Positions 27,191 through 36,324 of a stretch of DNA of 38,155 nucleotides are shown piece by piece; the first letter of the stretch is position 1, and each line of letters begins with the position of its first letter. Where the stretch lies: NCBI GenBank assembly GCA_964374035.1, contig CAYJWY010000006.1, positions 1 through 38,155 of the forward strand, read 5' to 3'. The stretch comes from an uncultured Gammaproteobacteria bacterium. GTDB taxonomy: Bacteria > Patescibacteriota > Patescibacteriia > UBA9934 > GWF2-40-263. Under the pieces are notes generated by a model. It worked only from the letters and a program-made list of their open reading frames with translations. It was not told the DNA's origin and searched no databases. Made by a program: the position numbers and the translations under genes.

Positions 27191-30189
27191 GTTGATTGCG
27201 AGCCTTGATCATCGGGAGGATTTTGAGCGGCAATGCTTGCGTCCTGCGTCCCTCTTCCAGTCGCTCCTGCAGACTCTCTAATTTGTTGAACCGTGGCTGA
27301 TTGCTTATCCATCGCTTCACGTTGCGCCTGGTTCCGTTTCGGCTCCTCTTTTGGCGCGTCAACGGGTCGAATCGCATTCAGTTCCTCTGCGGCGATCACC
27401 AAACTCTCAAGCTGTGTTGCAAGATTATTCAACGCCTCTTTGGCCTGTATGACATCAGGATCCTTGTCAACCATCTCACCCAGTTTTGCATCCAATCCAT
27501 CACGCTTCTTTTTCAGTTCAGCACCAACCGGCATCTGTAAAAGGGCTGGGCTCATCTTACTCAGTTGATCGTCCAACTCGGCTTTCTTATGTGCAACGGT
27601 GCCGTATTCAAGGGAATTCTTTTGCTTTTCTCGCGCTTGCTCTCGTGCAAGCTTCAGCATATCTTCTTTTGCAACTAATTGGTCAGCCGCTGGTGTCAAT
27701 TGGTCATCGATCTGTTTCTTTGCACTCTCTAAACGACTTTTTGAAGCATTTCCAAATGACTGCTGAATAAACGCCCTTGGATCGCGATCAAGCCTGTCCA
27801 TGGGAATCTTTCCGTAATCCAGTATGGGCTGGCTTTTTCCGTCCCACGAACCCTCCTCACCTATGGCATTATTGCGCATTCCTCTTGCCTTCTTTACCAA
27901 ACTCTCCGTTCGCGTTTGAGTAGTCTTATCGGCCAAACTCGCCTGTGCCGTCATTCTGGCTGTTAAATTATCAAACTTCGACATCGCATCAAAACGCGCA
28001 TTTCTATTTGAAGCGCTTTCATCCCTCATCACATGAATCAGTTCTGCCATGACCTGCTCAAGTTTACCCATTTCTCCTGTATTCATCGCCTGATCCATTG
28101 CTCGATTCAACACAGCCTCCGGAGCCGAAGTGGCAAGAACCGACGCGGACACTTGAGTAAGTTGATGGTCATCCATGCGAGCCATTAAAAGACCTTGAAA
28201 TGCTTCCTCTGATTTGGCATTGAACAATTCCGCTTTTCGCGATCCATACTTACCATCACGAATCGCCTCATCCATCATCATGTCTTTTCCATCCTTTTGA
28301 TGAACTTGAGCATTGCCGTTTTTATCAATATATTCAGCCTTCACCTTGGCCGCTTGCGCACGAACGCCCGCGTCTCCATACGCTTCCTCACCTAACTTTC
28401 CAAAATCTTGACTTTGCAGTTGTCCGGCTGTGCCAAATAATTGTGGGTGTGTTTTCTTTAAATCAGTAAGCTGTTTTCGTAATTTAGGATTCGTTTTTGC
28501 GTCAATTTCTAAATCTTTTCGATTGGTTCCTGTTGAAAGAAATTTCTTTAAACTGCCGTCCATTGTTGCAGTTTTCAAGGCTTCTTGATCACTAAAAATG
28601 TTTGCCGCGAGGGCTCGAGCATTCATTTTTCCAATAGCGGACGATGGTGATGATTCCGCAAATCGAGCAAGCTGTTTTGCCTTTGCACCGGAGGAAAGAT
28701 CCGCAAATTTCTTTCCGCGTTTTGCCATGTCCGCGCGCACACTGCTTCCTTGGCGATTCGCTAAACGTTCAGCGCCTGCGGAGGCCATGCGTCCAAGCAT
28801 TCCACTTCCTCGATTTGCGGAAAATTCACGCAAATAATTTTCGCGTCCCTGATTGGTGAGAAGACGAAGTCCGGCCTTATTTTTGATACGTTCTCCAATC
28901 TCGCGACCCGCAACACCTGTAACCCCCTTCGTGGCTCGAAGTCCCAACCGTCCGGCTCCAGCTCCAACTCTCGCCGCTTTCGCCACGGATGATTTAGCAA
29001 GGCCCGTGACGGCACCCTTAATATTTTTAAGCCCGGGCATCGTGGAGCAGATCTGCTGTGCCGCTTCAAAACCCGCGAACAACATCGCGATGGCGATAAT
29101 AAAACTCATGAAACGATCCAGTTCAAAAATTTTGTTGATAATCCCGCCTGGGTTTGAGAGTGCGCCTTGCGCGGCAACGTCAAAGCCGGACTTTGCCGCA
29201 ATATTGCCGGCTCCGGCAACCGCGAGAGTCAGCCAAAGAAAAAACGTGAGCACCGGCCCAATGGCAACGAGGCATTTAAATCGTTCCCACCACTTGCCAT
29301 AGGCCTCTGTTTTAATGATGTCACTTGCACCACCGGCAAACCACGCAAGTGGAGCAAGCACAATCATGACCCAAAGCATGATCACGCGATAAACCAAAAT
29401 AGCAAGCATGATCACCATGGTTGACAGAACGATCAGCATCAAAAACACAGACGCGACACTAGCGAAAAAAAAGTCAAATGGTTGCGGACCAGTTCCCACG
29501 CCAGCTTGCACATCCTGATACGTCTGATTATTTGTTCCAATCGCATAGATTTCCGTAAATCCCAGTAACTGGACAAAGTTTCCTGCCGCAATTTGTGTGA
29601 GAGCATTGGCAAACGTAAGCATGATGACCTGGCCAAAATCGATCATAATTCCCACAAGCGTTTTGGAAAAATTGATAACGATTGCAAAAATTAAAAGACG
29701 GGGAACTTGTTTTTGCCATTGAAATTTACTGTGACCGAAAATCGTTCCAAACGCGATCACAATAAGCACAATCACGAAGAACATATTCACCGTGTCGCGC
29801 ATAATCGCCCAACCCGCGTTCACGATGGGAGAATTGGTGAAATTGTTGTAGGTCATCACGGGCAACATCGCCTGGATGATCTGAATCACGAGTTTGGAAA
29901 GAAGCGTTGCAATCATAAGCGCGAGCTCGGCGAACCATAGCAAGATACGATCGAACAGATCCGGGTTTCCTGATTTGGTAGCTTGTGCGGCAGGAGGTGG
30001 AGGGGATTGGTTGGCATCGCCATGAGACTGGCCATCGGCTGCAAAAACGGAATCACCTGAAAGAACAAGATTCACAACAACACACAAAACAATAACCACC
30101 ACCCGTCCCATCGGATGGAGCATCAACATATGAAAACGTATGTTGAACCAAAGAAACGTTTTCCAAAACACAGCAAGGATATCCTGCAT
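27187..30189 (-). CDS. Large polytopic VirB6/TrbL-like membrane protein with long helical C-terminal tail
   Basis: GWAIMRDTVN, LLIFAIVINFS and R.IMLWVMIVLAPLAW...WW motifs, about 7 TM; heads the PrgI-VirB4 operon. Confidence 0.7.
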   Translation of the reverse strand: MQDILAVFWKTFLWFNIRFHMLMLHPMGRVVVIVLCVVVNLVLSGDSVFAADGQSHGDANQSPPPPAAQATKSGNPDLFDRILLWFAELALMIATLLSKLVIQIIQAMLPVMTYNNFTNSPIVNAGWAIMRDTVNMFFVIVLIVIAFGTIFGHSKFQWQKQVPRLLIFAIVINFSKTLVGIMIDFGQVIMLTFANALTQIAAGNFVQLLGFTEIYAIGTNNQTYQDVQAGVGTGPQPFDFFFASVASVFLMLIVLSTMVIMLAILVYRVIMLWVMIVLAPLAWFAGGASDIIKTEAYGKWWERFKCLVAIGPVLTFFLWLTLAVAGAGNIAAKSGFDVAAQGALSNPGGIINKIFELDRFMSFIIAIAMLFAGFEAAQQICSTMPGLKNIKGAVTGLAKSSVAKAARVGAGAGRLGLRATKGVTGVAGREIGERIKNKAGLRLLTNQGRENYLREFSANRGSGMLGRMASAGAERLANRQGSSVRADMAKRGKKFADLSSGAKAKQLARFAESSPSSAIGKMNARALAANIFSDQEALKTATMDGSLKKFLSTGTNRKDLEIDAKTNPKLRKQLTDLKKTHPQLFGTAGQLQSQDFGKLGEEAYGDAGVRAQAAKVKAEYIDKNGNAQVHQKDGKDMMMDEAIRDGKYGSRKAELFNAKSEEAFQGLLMARMDDHQLTQVSASVLATSAPEAVLNRAMDQAMNTGEMGKLEQVMAELIHVMRDESASNRNARFDAMSKFDNLTARMTAQASLADKTTQTRTESLVKKARGMRNNAIGEEGSWDGKSQPILDYGKIPMDRLDRDPRAFIQQSFGNASKSRLESAKKQIDDQLTPAADQLVAKEDMLKLAREQAREKQKNSLEYGTVAHKKAELDDQLSKMSPALLQMPVGAELKKKRDGLDAKLGEMVDKDPDVIQAKEALNNLATQLESLVIAAEELNAIRPVDAPKEEPKRNQAQREAMDKQSATVQQIRESAGATGRGTQDASIAAQNPPDDQGSQST

Positions 30190-30199
30190 AACTAAAGAA

Positions 30200-30208
30200 A
30201 GTATAGCA
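30200..30208 (-). promoter_or_regulatory. Extended -10 promoter (TGCTATACT) of T4SS-like operon
   Basis: Identical to the 9-mer before RAYT; 10 nt upstream of ATG 30189. Confidence 0.5.
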
Positions 30209-30241
30209 GATTTGAATCACAACAAACAGAAATTTTTGTGG

Positions 30242-30274
30242 AAAAGTAAAACCTCACGTTGTGAGAACGTGAGG
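30242..30274 (-). terminator. Intrinsic terminator after the M23 gene
   Basis: CCTCACGTT / AACGTGAGG 9-bp stem followed on the minus strand by TTTTACTTTT. Confidence 0.65.
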
Positions 30275-30359
30275 CAGGAGGAAGAGTGACAACGTGATAA
30301 AGATGGAGGGAACAAAATTTGCGTAACTTTATCACTTTGTCACTTTATCACTGCACTTA

Positions 30360-32624
30360 TCACAGCTGTGCGTTCAACGTAAAGCCGTTTCCGTTTGCAA
30401 CCAGGCCGCGCACCGGATCCCAGGAAAGAGCCAACAGCCAGTTTTCCCAGGGCTCGTTGCTGACCATGAGCTCGCACAGCGGGTTTGCGATGTGACAGAA
30501 CTCGGCGTTTTGCCACCAATTCCAGTTGGATCGGTCGATGTTCGGCAACTGTCCGTCGGTTCCCATGCTCGAGATGAGCGAGAGTTGCACGTCGCATGGA
30601 CCGCGAAAACGTGAGAAGTCGATGAAGTAGTAGTCGTTTTCTGAGGCAACGAGGTCGCGATGCGTCAGAACGCTGTCGAAACATCCGCCGTTGCCGTAGA
30701 CGTAGGCGTCGAGAGTTTCGAGCGCTCGAGCGCGCCAGATATCGTCGGCCATGACGAGCGTTTCGGTACGACCGTCCTGATCGGCATCGATAATGCAGGC
30801 CAGGTCGTCGCACAAGAGCGAGAGTTCGTTTTGCGAAGGTTCCGGGTCAACGTCCTGCGGTTGCGGAGGATCGTCGTTTGAATCATGTTCGACGATGATT
30901 TCGACCACCACAGCGCCGTCGGGTTCACGAGCTGGCACCGCGTCGGGTTCATCATGCGGTTGCACAGCAACGTCGGGTTCACGAGCTGGCACAGCGGCGT
31001 CGGGTTCATCGGTCTGATCGCTTGGAACGGGCTCTTTTGATTCAGGCTGAACGCCTGCGTCGGGATCTTGATTCTCGCTAGCATCCACAGGTTGCGGTTC
31101 TCCATGAACTCCTGCGTCAAGATCTGATGGGACAGGTTCCACAGGCAGATCGCTTGGCACGGACTCATCGTCTTGAGCGGATGAAGGAGGCTCGGGTACG
31201 GCTTCGGGTTCTTGCTCGGGTGGATCATCGCGAACCACGGCGATGTTGAAACTCGCCGGTTCTGGGTTTACATCTTGTCCATCGTTCACGTTGCCACCGC
31301 ACATGGTCACCGTTTCATGACTCAAGCATGAGGTCATCAAACGACAATCACCGACAACGCCGTGCAGAAATGCTAGATCACCCTGGTCGACTTCGAGGAT
31401 GACTCGGGATTGAAAACCGAGCAACAGGTAGGTCTTCCAGTCGCGTACCGCCATGGGCACGCCCTTTGAGATGACATAGACGTCCGGACGTCCTCGTTGT
31501 TTGACGAGTGAGCCGTCGCGCAAGAGGGCGAAGGTGTTGAGGGACGGCCAATTCACGAGATAGTCGTGGTTGGCGGGGACCTGAGCGAGCGCACGCACAT
31601 CGATCGAAATGCCCCAAGATGCGAGCAGAGTCGACAATGCGCGATCGTGGATTGGTGCGCGATAGCGATTGTTCTGTGACCGAGCGCCAACGATCAACCA
31701 GCGCGTTCCGCTTGGATCTTGTACGGCATCGATCAAACTCTCGTCTTGAATTGCACTTCCCTCGCGATAGCACGCCAATTCCTGATCGGAAATAAGCACG
31801 ACATCGTTGAAGGACAGACGCAAACTGTGAAACACGGCTTCATTCTGAATCCATCGTCGCTCTCCATTGATAAGCACGTAGACCTTGGGACTGCCAAGCG
31901 TCTTGACAAGCGTGCCATCGGGATGGAAAAGCGCGATTTGCAGAACCGACTCGTAGCGATCACCATTGATGGGATCGCCCGCGGCACGAATACCACAGCG
32001 AAACTGCTCGGAATCCAGAAGTCTGTAGCCACTTGCCTGCGAAGCATCCGCAACCAAGTAGGTTGCGCGAATCGATTCACCCAGCTCAGCAGGCCGACTC
32101 GCGTCCCCGCGATGAAGTCCGACGTGGACATGATCGCCCGTGCAGTTCCCCGTGCATCCTTCGTAGCCGAGAAATTGTCCGATCGTGACTTCTGTGCGGT
32201 TTTGCAAAGCGATCATGGCACAATGGGCAACGACACAATACGTGCCATCCCCACGATCGATATTGGCGTGATTGCCAAATCCACGCATGGGATCTTGATC
32301 GTGCACATAGACGATTCCACTGCAAGGCGCGTACAATGCCTCGTCACGATCGTTTGAAGTGTCCAGATCGATGTCTTTTCTGGTCGAAACCAGATCGTGT
32401 GTCGGTTCACGATCCGTACCTTGCGTGCAAAGAAATCGCTGTCCGGGAGACGTCGGCAATTGCATTGCCGAGGCATCCCCGCCGCCCACATTGAGAGAAT
32501 CGTCCGCTTTCTGAAACAAGGGTTGAGTCTCCTTCACACAACCGTTCATGAAAACGGAGAGCAAAAGGATGACGGGCCACAGAACGACATACACATAAAA
32601 TCGTCGATACCAGGAAGCTTCCAT
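30360..32624 (-). CDS. Probable lipoprotein: M23 peptidase domain + two GxLVK repeats + acidic EPD linker + Cys/Trp-rich C-terminal domain
   Basis: Start ATG 32624 with SD AAGGAG. Lipobox-like MNGC; M23 motifs GFGNH, AH, GCTGNCTGDHVH; HPDGTLVK...VY and DGSLVK...VY repeats. Confidence 0.75.
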   Translation of the reverse strand: MEASWYRRFYVYVVLWPVILLLSVFMNGCVKETQPLFQKADDSLNVGGGDASAMQLPTSPGQRFLCTQGTDREPTHDLVSTRKDIDLDTSNDRDEALYAPCSGIVYVHDQDPMRGFGNHANIDRGDGTYCVVAHCAMIALQNRTEVTIGQFLGYEGCTGNCTGDHVHVGLHRGDASRPAELGESIRATYLVADASQASGYRLLDSEQFRCGIRAAGDPINGDRYESVLQIALFHPDGTLVKTLGSPKVYVLINGERRWIQNEAVFHSLRLSFNDVVLISDQELACYREGSAIQDESLIDAVQDPSGTRWLIVGARSQNNRYRAPIHDRALSTLLASWGISIDVRALAQVPANHDYLVNWPSLNTFALLRDGSLVKQRGRPDVYVISKGVPMAVRDWKTYLLLGFQSRVILEVDQGDLAFLHGVVGDCRLMTSCLSHETVTMCGGNVNDGQDVNPEPASFNIAVVRDDPPEQEPEAVPEPPSSAQDDESVPSDLPVEPVPSDLDAGVHGEPQPVDASENQDPDAGVQPESKEPVPSDQTDEPDAAVPAREPDVAVQPHDEPDAVPAREPDGAVVVEIIVEHDSNDDPPQPQDVDPEPSQNELSLLCDDLACIIDADQDGRTETLVMADDIWRARALETLDAYVYGNGGCFDSVLTHRDLVASENDYYFIDFSRFRGPCDVQLSLISSMGTDGQLPNIDRSNWNWWQNAEFCHIANPLCELMVSNEPWENWLLALSWDPVRGLVANGNGFTLNAQL
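30917..31010. repeat. Intragenic tandem repeats encoding EPDxxV/VPAREPD
   Basis: CGTCGGGTTCACGAGCTGGCAC occurs at 30917 and 30971; CGTCGGGTTCA occurs four times. Confidence 0.75.
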
Positions 32625-32897
32625 GACAGACTCCTTGGAAAAAACCATCGAGAAACCCTTCCACCATGGAAAGGCCACTCCTTCGACGCACGAGGCCTGC
32701 GCGCATCGATGGAGTTGAGAAAACCAGGAGTCTGAAGATCACACGAGTAATGAAATCTTCCGCACGTAATTAGATAGACCAAGATGGTCATGGTGCCAAG
32801 TGACGGCTCCGCGAATCCGATGTGCGAGCTCTTTGACAGTCGATGGGCACGCTCACAACGTTCGAGAAAGGCAGAATGTCTCTCCTTCAAGAACAAC

Positions 32898-32928
32898 AAA
32901 AAAATCCCTATTCGTCAAGGGATTTTTT
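32898..32928. terminator. Intrinsic terminator downstream of serS
   Basis: AAAAAATCCCT / AGGGATTTTTT hairpin with T-tracts on both strands. Confidence 0.7.
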
Positions 32929-33052
32929 GCTCAATGAAGAGATTATTTTAACATGTCATTTTGTATGAACACTTTAGACTCTACATTTCTTCGCTCAATC
33001 AAGTGAAATTTTTCGTCCGTACATTCTTGAACGATTGTTTGTTGATAACATC

Positions 33053-34324
33053 CTACGAAATCACCTCTTTTTGAACGTACGCGCGCAGGACTTCGGGAAC
33101 GGTAATCGTTCCATCGGCGTTTTGATAATTTTCCATAATGGCAACAAGCGTGCGGCCGATCGCAAAGCCTGTGGCATCATTCATGTGCGCAAAAACCTTT
33201 CCTGTCTCACGTTTAATCTTGATCCCGAGTCGTCGTGACTGAAAGTCTGTCATCAAATCTGATGTGTGCGTCTCGCGATACGCGTTTTCGCCCGGCATCC
33301 ACATCTCAATATCGATCTGTCGGGAATTCGGCTTGCCCATATCGCCCGTACAAATCGCGACAACGCGATAGGGAATGTTCAGCTGTTGTACGAGATATTC
33401 TTGAATCGCGACGATAAAGTTCTGTTCGTCGAGTGATTGCTCTGGCGTGGTAAACGTTTCCATTTCAAGTTTATCAAACTGATGCATACGAATAATTCCT
33501 CGCGTATCCTTGCCATAACTGCCTGCTTCGCGTCGAAACGCGGTCGAATAGCCGATATAACGAACAGGCATCTCGCTTTCGTTAAACATCGTCTCCATAT
33601 GCATAGGCCCAAGGGTATGCTCGGCGCTACCCACAAGATACAGATCGTCCTCAACGAGGTGATAGCGCTCTTCACGAGGCTCCAGACGACCCATGCGCGA
33701 CATCACCTCCGGGCGAACAAACACGGGCGGAATAACTGGAACGAAGGGTTTGTTTGAAACCGAGAGTCCGGCGCCCACAATTATCTTTTTGAGTGTTTCC
33801 GCATTTGTGAGTGTGTTGAAAACCAGTTGGATGAGCGCGAACTGCATGAGCGCGAGGTCGCCCTTCAAATAGGTGAAACGCGCGCCGGAAACCTTTGAAG
33901 CTGTTTCGTTGTCAATGAGGTTGAGCGCGATTCCAAGTTCTGAGTGGTGCTTGGGTTCAAACAAAAACTTGGTCGGCTCAAGATGCGTTCGCACGACAAC
34001 GTTCTCAGACTCGTCCTTGCCAATCGGTGTATCGTTGGAAGGAATATTTGGAACAAGCATCATAAGGGTGTCAAACTCCGCCTCAACAACACCAAGTTTT
34101 TCTTGAAGCGCACTCGCCTCTTCTTTCAGACGCCTCCCTGTTTCAATATCCTTTGTTTTCGCAGACTCATTGCGTTGACGTTGCAACTCGTCGGACTGCG
34201 TCTTCATCTCACGTCGAGAACGGTCGACGACCAAGAGTCGATCAATATCAACCTTGACCTGTTTACGCTCCGCAGAAAGTTTTACGAGATCTGCGTGCTC
34301 TCGAATAAAGGCGATGTCGATCAT
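33053..34324 (-). CDS. serS: Serine--tRNA ligase
   Basis: Start moved to ATG 34324 (MIDIAFIRE). N-terminal coiled coil, FRREAGSYG, RMHQFDKLE, AIMENYQ and VPEVL. Confidence 0.97.
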   Translation of the reverse strand: MIDIAFIREHADLVKLSAERKQVKVDIDRLLVVDRSRREMKTQSDELQRQRNESAKTKDIETGRRLKEEASALQEKLGVVEAEFDTLMMLVPNIPSNDTPIGKDESENVVVRTHLEPTKFLFEPKHHSELGIALNLIDNETASKVSGARFTYLKGDLALMQFALIQLVFNTLTNAETLKKIIVGAGLSVSNKPFVPVIPPVFVRPEVMSRMGRLEPREERYHLVEDDLYLVGSAEHTLGPMHMETMFNESEMPVRYIGYSTAFRREAGSYGKDTRGIIRMHQFDKLEMETFTTPEQSLDEQNFIVAIQEYLVQQLNIPYRVVAICTGDMGKPNSRQIDIEMWMPGENAYRETHTSDLMTDFQSRRLGIKIKRETGKVFAHMNDATGFAIGRTLVAIMENYQNADGTITVPEVLRAYVQKEVIS

Positions 34325-34371
34325 ATGAATGTTATAGTGAACTATTTTGAGGAAAAAGTGAACAGAAGTCG

Positions 34372-34425
34372 AAAAAAATGCAAAACCTGGCTTACACGAG
34401 TGTAAACCAGGCTTTGCATTTTTTT
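34372..34425. terminator. Long hairpin / terminator between kinase and serS
   Basis: AAAAAAATGCAAAACCTGG...CCAGGCTTTGCATTTTTTT, near-perfect inverted repeat. Confidence 0.6.
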
Positions 34426-34536
34426 GCATGTTCTTTTGCATTTTCTTTGGCTTTGCATGTTCTTTTTCATTTTTTCCGACTTCTGGAGACATTCGCGCGA
34501 CAACAAAAAAAGCAGAAACAAATTGTTCCTGCCGAG

Positions 34537-36324
34537 TTAGCGCTTACAGCTTGCCATGATGCTACTGCACGTCAGTGTGATCGCGCTTTGGGGCGCAACC
34601 ACGAGCGTTGAAATGACCGTCATGGGTTGGTCGTGGTCGTCGAATGTGCCCATGACCTTGTAGGTTCCAGGTGGAACGTTGGCGGGAAGTGTGATCCTAC
34701 CAGCGGATCCCACGAGCCAGACTTTGGCTTTGTCACCTGAGGGAAGCGTCATATTGACGCGAACAGTCGTGGGAGCGGACGAATTGATCTCCTGGTGAGG
34801 TGGCGCAGACGCCGGGGTAGCGATGGCAGAAACCGGGGCTTGAGGCTTTCGCGCCACAGGCTTGTCTTTGACGACCACCACACTGGGCTTGCTCGGTTCA
34901 GACGCGACGCTCACACCCTGTGAAACACTTGCGGGAAGAACAGGAACACTTGCAACAGCAATCTTCGCAACCGCGGGCTCGCCCACCACAACCATCTCCT
35001 TCGCCAAGGCTTCGGCGATCAAGTTCGCGGCGGCGGGCTGTGCAACCGCCATGAGAGGTTCGGGCGTGACCGTCTCCTTTCGATCGTAGAAAAATACGAC
35101 CAACACAATCGCGAGAACGGTTGCAAGCAAGGACGCGGCGACGATCATCATGCGTGAACCGGAGCGCGGCTTGGTGATCTCTTGGGATCGCTCAAGGCCA
35201 ATACCCGTCACCTGGCCGTTGCTCTCGTGAAACGTCCCGATGTGAACAGGAGCGTCCGGCTGTACTGGTTGCATCGGCGGCGGCGCGATCGGTGTGGCCG
35301 CGAGCGACGAGCTGTAAGCATGCGTCGGTCGTTGTTCTGGTGCAGGATGCCCCTCTGGAAGAGACGACTCCTGTGGTTCCGTTTGTGCGATCTCGTTCTC
35401 ATGGATGGAAAGACCCAGACGAATCGTATCGTCGGGATCTGCGGGAAGTTGCTCGAGGACGAGCTCGAGGGCACAGACAAACTCGCTGAGCGTTTGAAAC
35501 CGCTCCTTGTTCTCGATCCGTGTTGCATGACGCAACAGCGGAACAAGCACGCTTGGCACCCGCTCCATGAGCGAATCGTCGCTCTGGAAATCCTGGTACC
35601 ACTTCAAGAGATGATTGGGGTCAACACGCGGAGCCTTGTTCGAGATCATGTGCCAGAGCGTCATGCCCAGGGCGTGGATATCGTAGGCGGCGTTCACACC
35701 CGCGGCGTGAGTGATCTGTTCAAGCGGCATGTAGCCGTGGGTTCCCATGCCCGTGCCCATCTTGGTCACACGCACAGAACCCGGTTCAAACCCGCTACGC
35801 GCGATCCCGAAATCCGCAAGCTTCGGGACACCTTGAGCCGTGAGCATGATGTTGTCGGGCTTGATGTCGCGGTGCAGAATACCTCGAGCATGCGCAACGG
35901 CAAGACCGTTACACGCACTCAGCATGGTTTCGACCGCCTGGCGCGGTGGCATAGGGCCGTTGCGCTCCAGGTGATCATTCAAACTTCCCCCACCGCACCA
36001 CTCCAGAACGATGTAATAGAACAGAATCGTGTCGCCCTCCTTGATCTCGCTGATGTCGTAGACCTGCACGATGTTGAAGTGCTGGATCGCCGACATGGCT
36101 TGAGCTTCGATGAAGAAACGATCGACAACAAACTTGAGCTGCATGAGGCTCGGCTTCATGATCTTGAGCGCACGATCCACACCAAGGTGTTCGTCGCGCA
36201 CCTTCATGACCTCGGCCATGCCACCCGAGCCGACCATACGGATCGGCTTGAAGCGGCCATGCCTACGAATCAGATCAATGAGGGCACTTGCGTCGAGTGA
36301 CGCGGGCGGATCAACGCTCGACAT
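34537..36324 (-). CDS. Hanks-type Ser/Thr protein kinase with TM and extracellular Ala/Pro-rich tail
   Basis: Start ATG 36324. GSGGMAEV, ALK, HRDIKPDN, DFG, GTHGYMPLE and one TM. Confidence 0.92.
   Translation of the reverse strand: MSSVDPPASLDASALIDLIRRHGRFKPIRMVGSGGMAEVMKVRDEHLGVDRALKIMKPSLMQLKFVVDRFFIEAQAMSAIQHFNIVQVYDISEIKEGDTILFYYIVLEWCGGGSLNDHLERNGPMPPRQAVETMLSACNGLAVAHARGILHRDIKPDNIMLTAQGVPKLADFGIARSGFEPGSVRVTKMGTGMGTHGYMPLEQITHAAGVNAAYDIHALGMTLWHMISNKAPRVDPNHLLKWYQDFQSDDSLMERVPSVLVPLLRHATRIENKERFQTLSEFVCALELVLEQLPADPDDTIRLGLSIHENEIAQTEPQESSLPEGHPAPEQRPTHAYSSSLAATPIAPPPMQPVQPDAPVHIGTFHESNGQVTGIGLERSQEITKPRSGSRMMIVAASLLATVLAIVLVVFFYDRKETVTPEPLMAVAQPAAANLIAEALAKEMVVVGEPAVAKIAVASVPVLPASVSQGVSVASEPSKPSVVVVKDKPVARKPQAPVSAIATPASAPPHQEINSSAPTTVRVNMTLPSGDKAKVWLVGSAGRITLPANVPPGTYKVMGTFDDHDQPMTVISTLVVAPQSAITLTCSSIMASCKR

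Noticed and set aside
20058..30189. Integrative conjugative element inserted at tRNA-Ser
   Set aside because: No integrase or relaxase is present, no duplicated tRNA 3' end (att) was noticed, and the region includes the core gene comF.
34325..34536. T-box riboswitch or N-terminal extension for serS
   Set aside because: No T-box consensus was found, a -10-like TATAAC lies just before the ATG, and the extension translates a palindrome.
35182..36300. 372-aa + strand ORF
   Set aside because: It is the antisense shadow of the GC-rich kinase gene.
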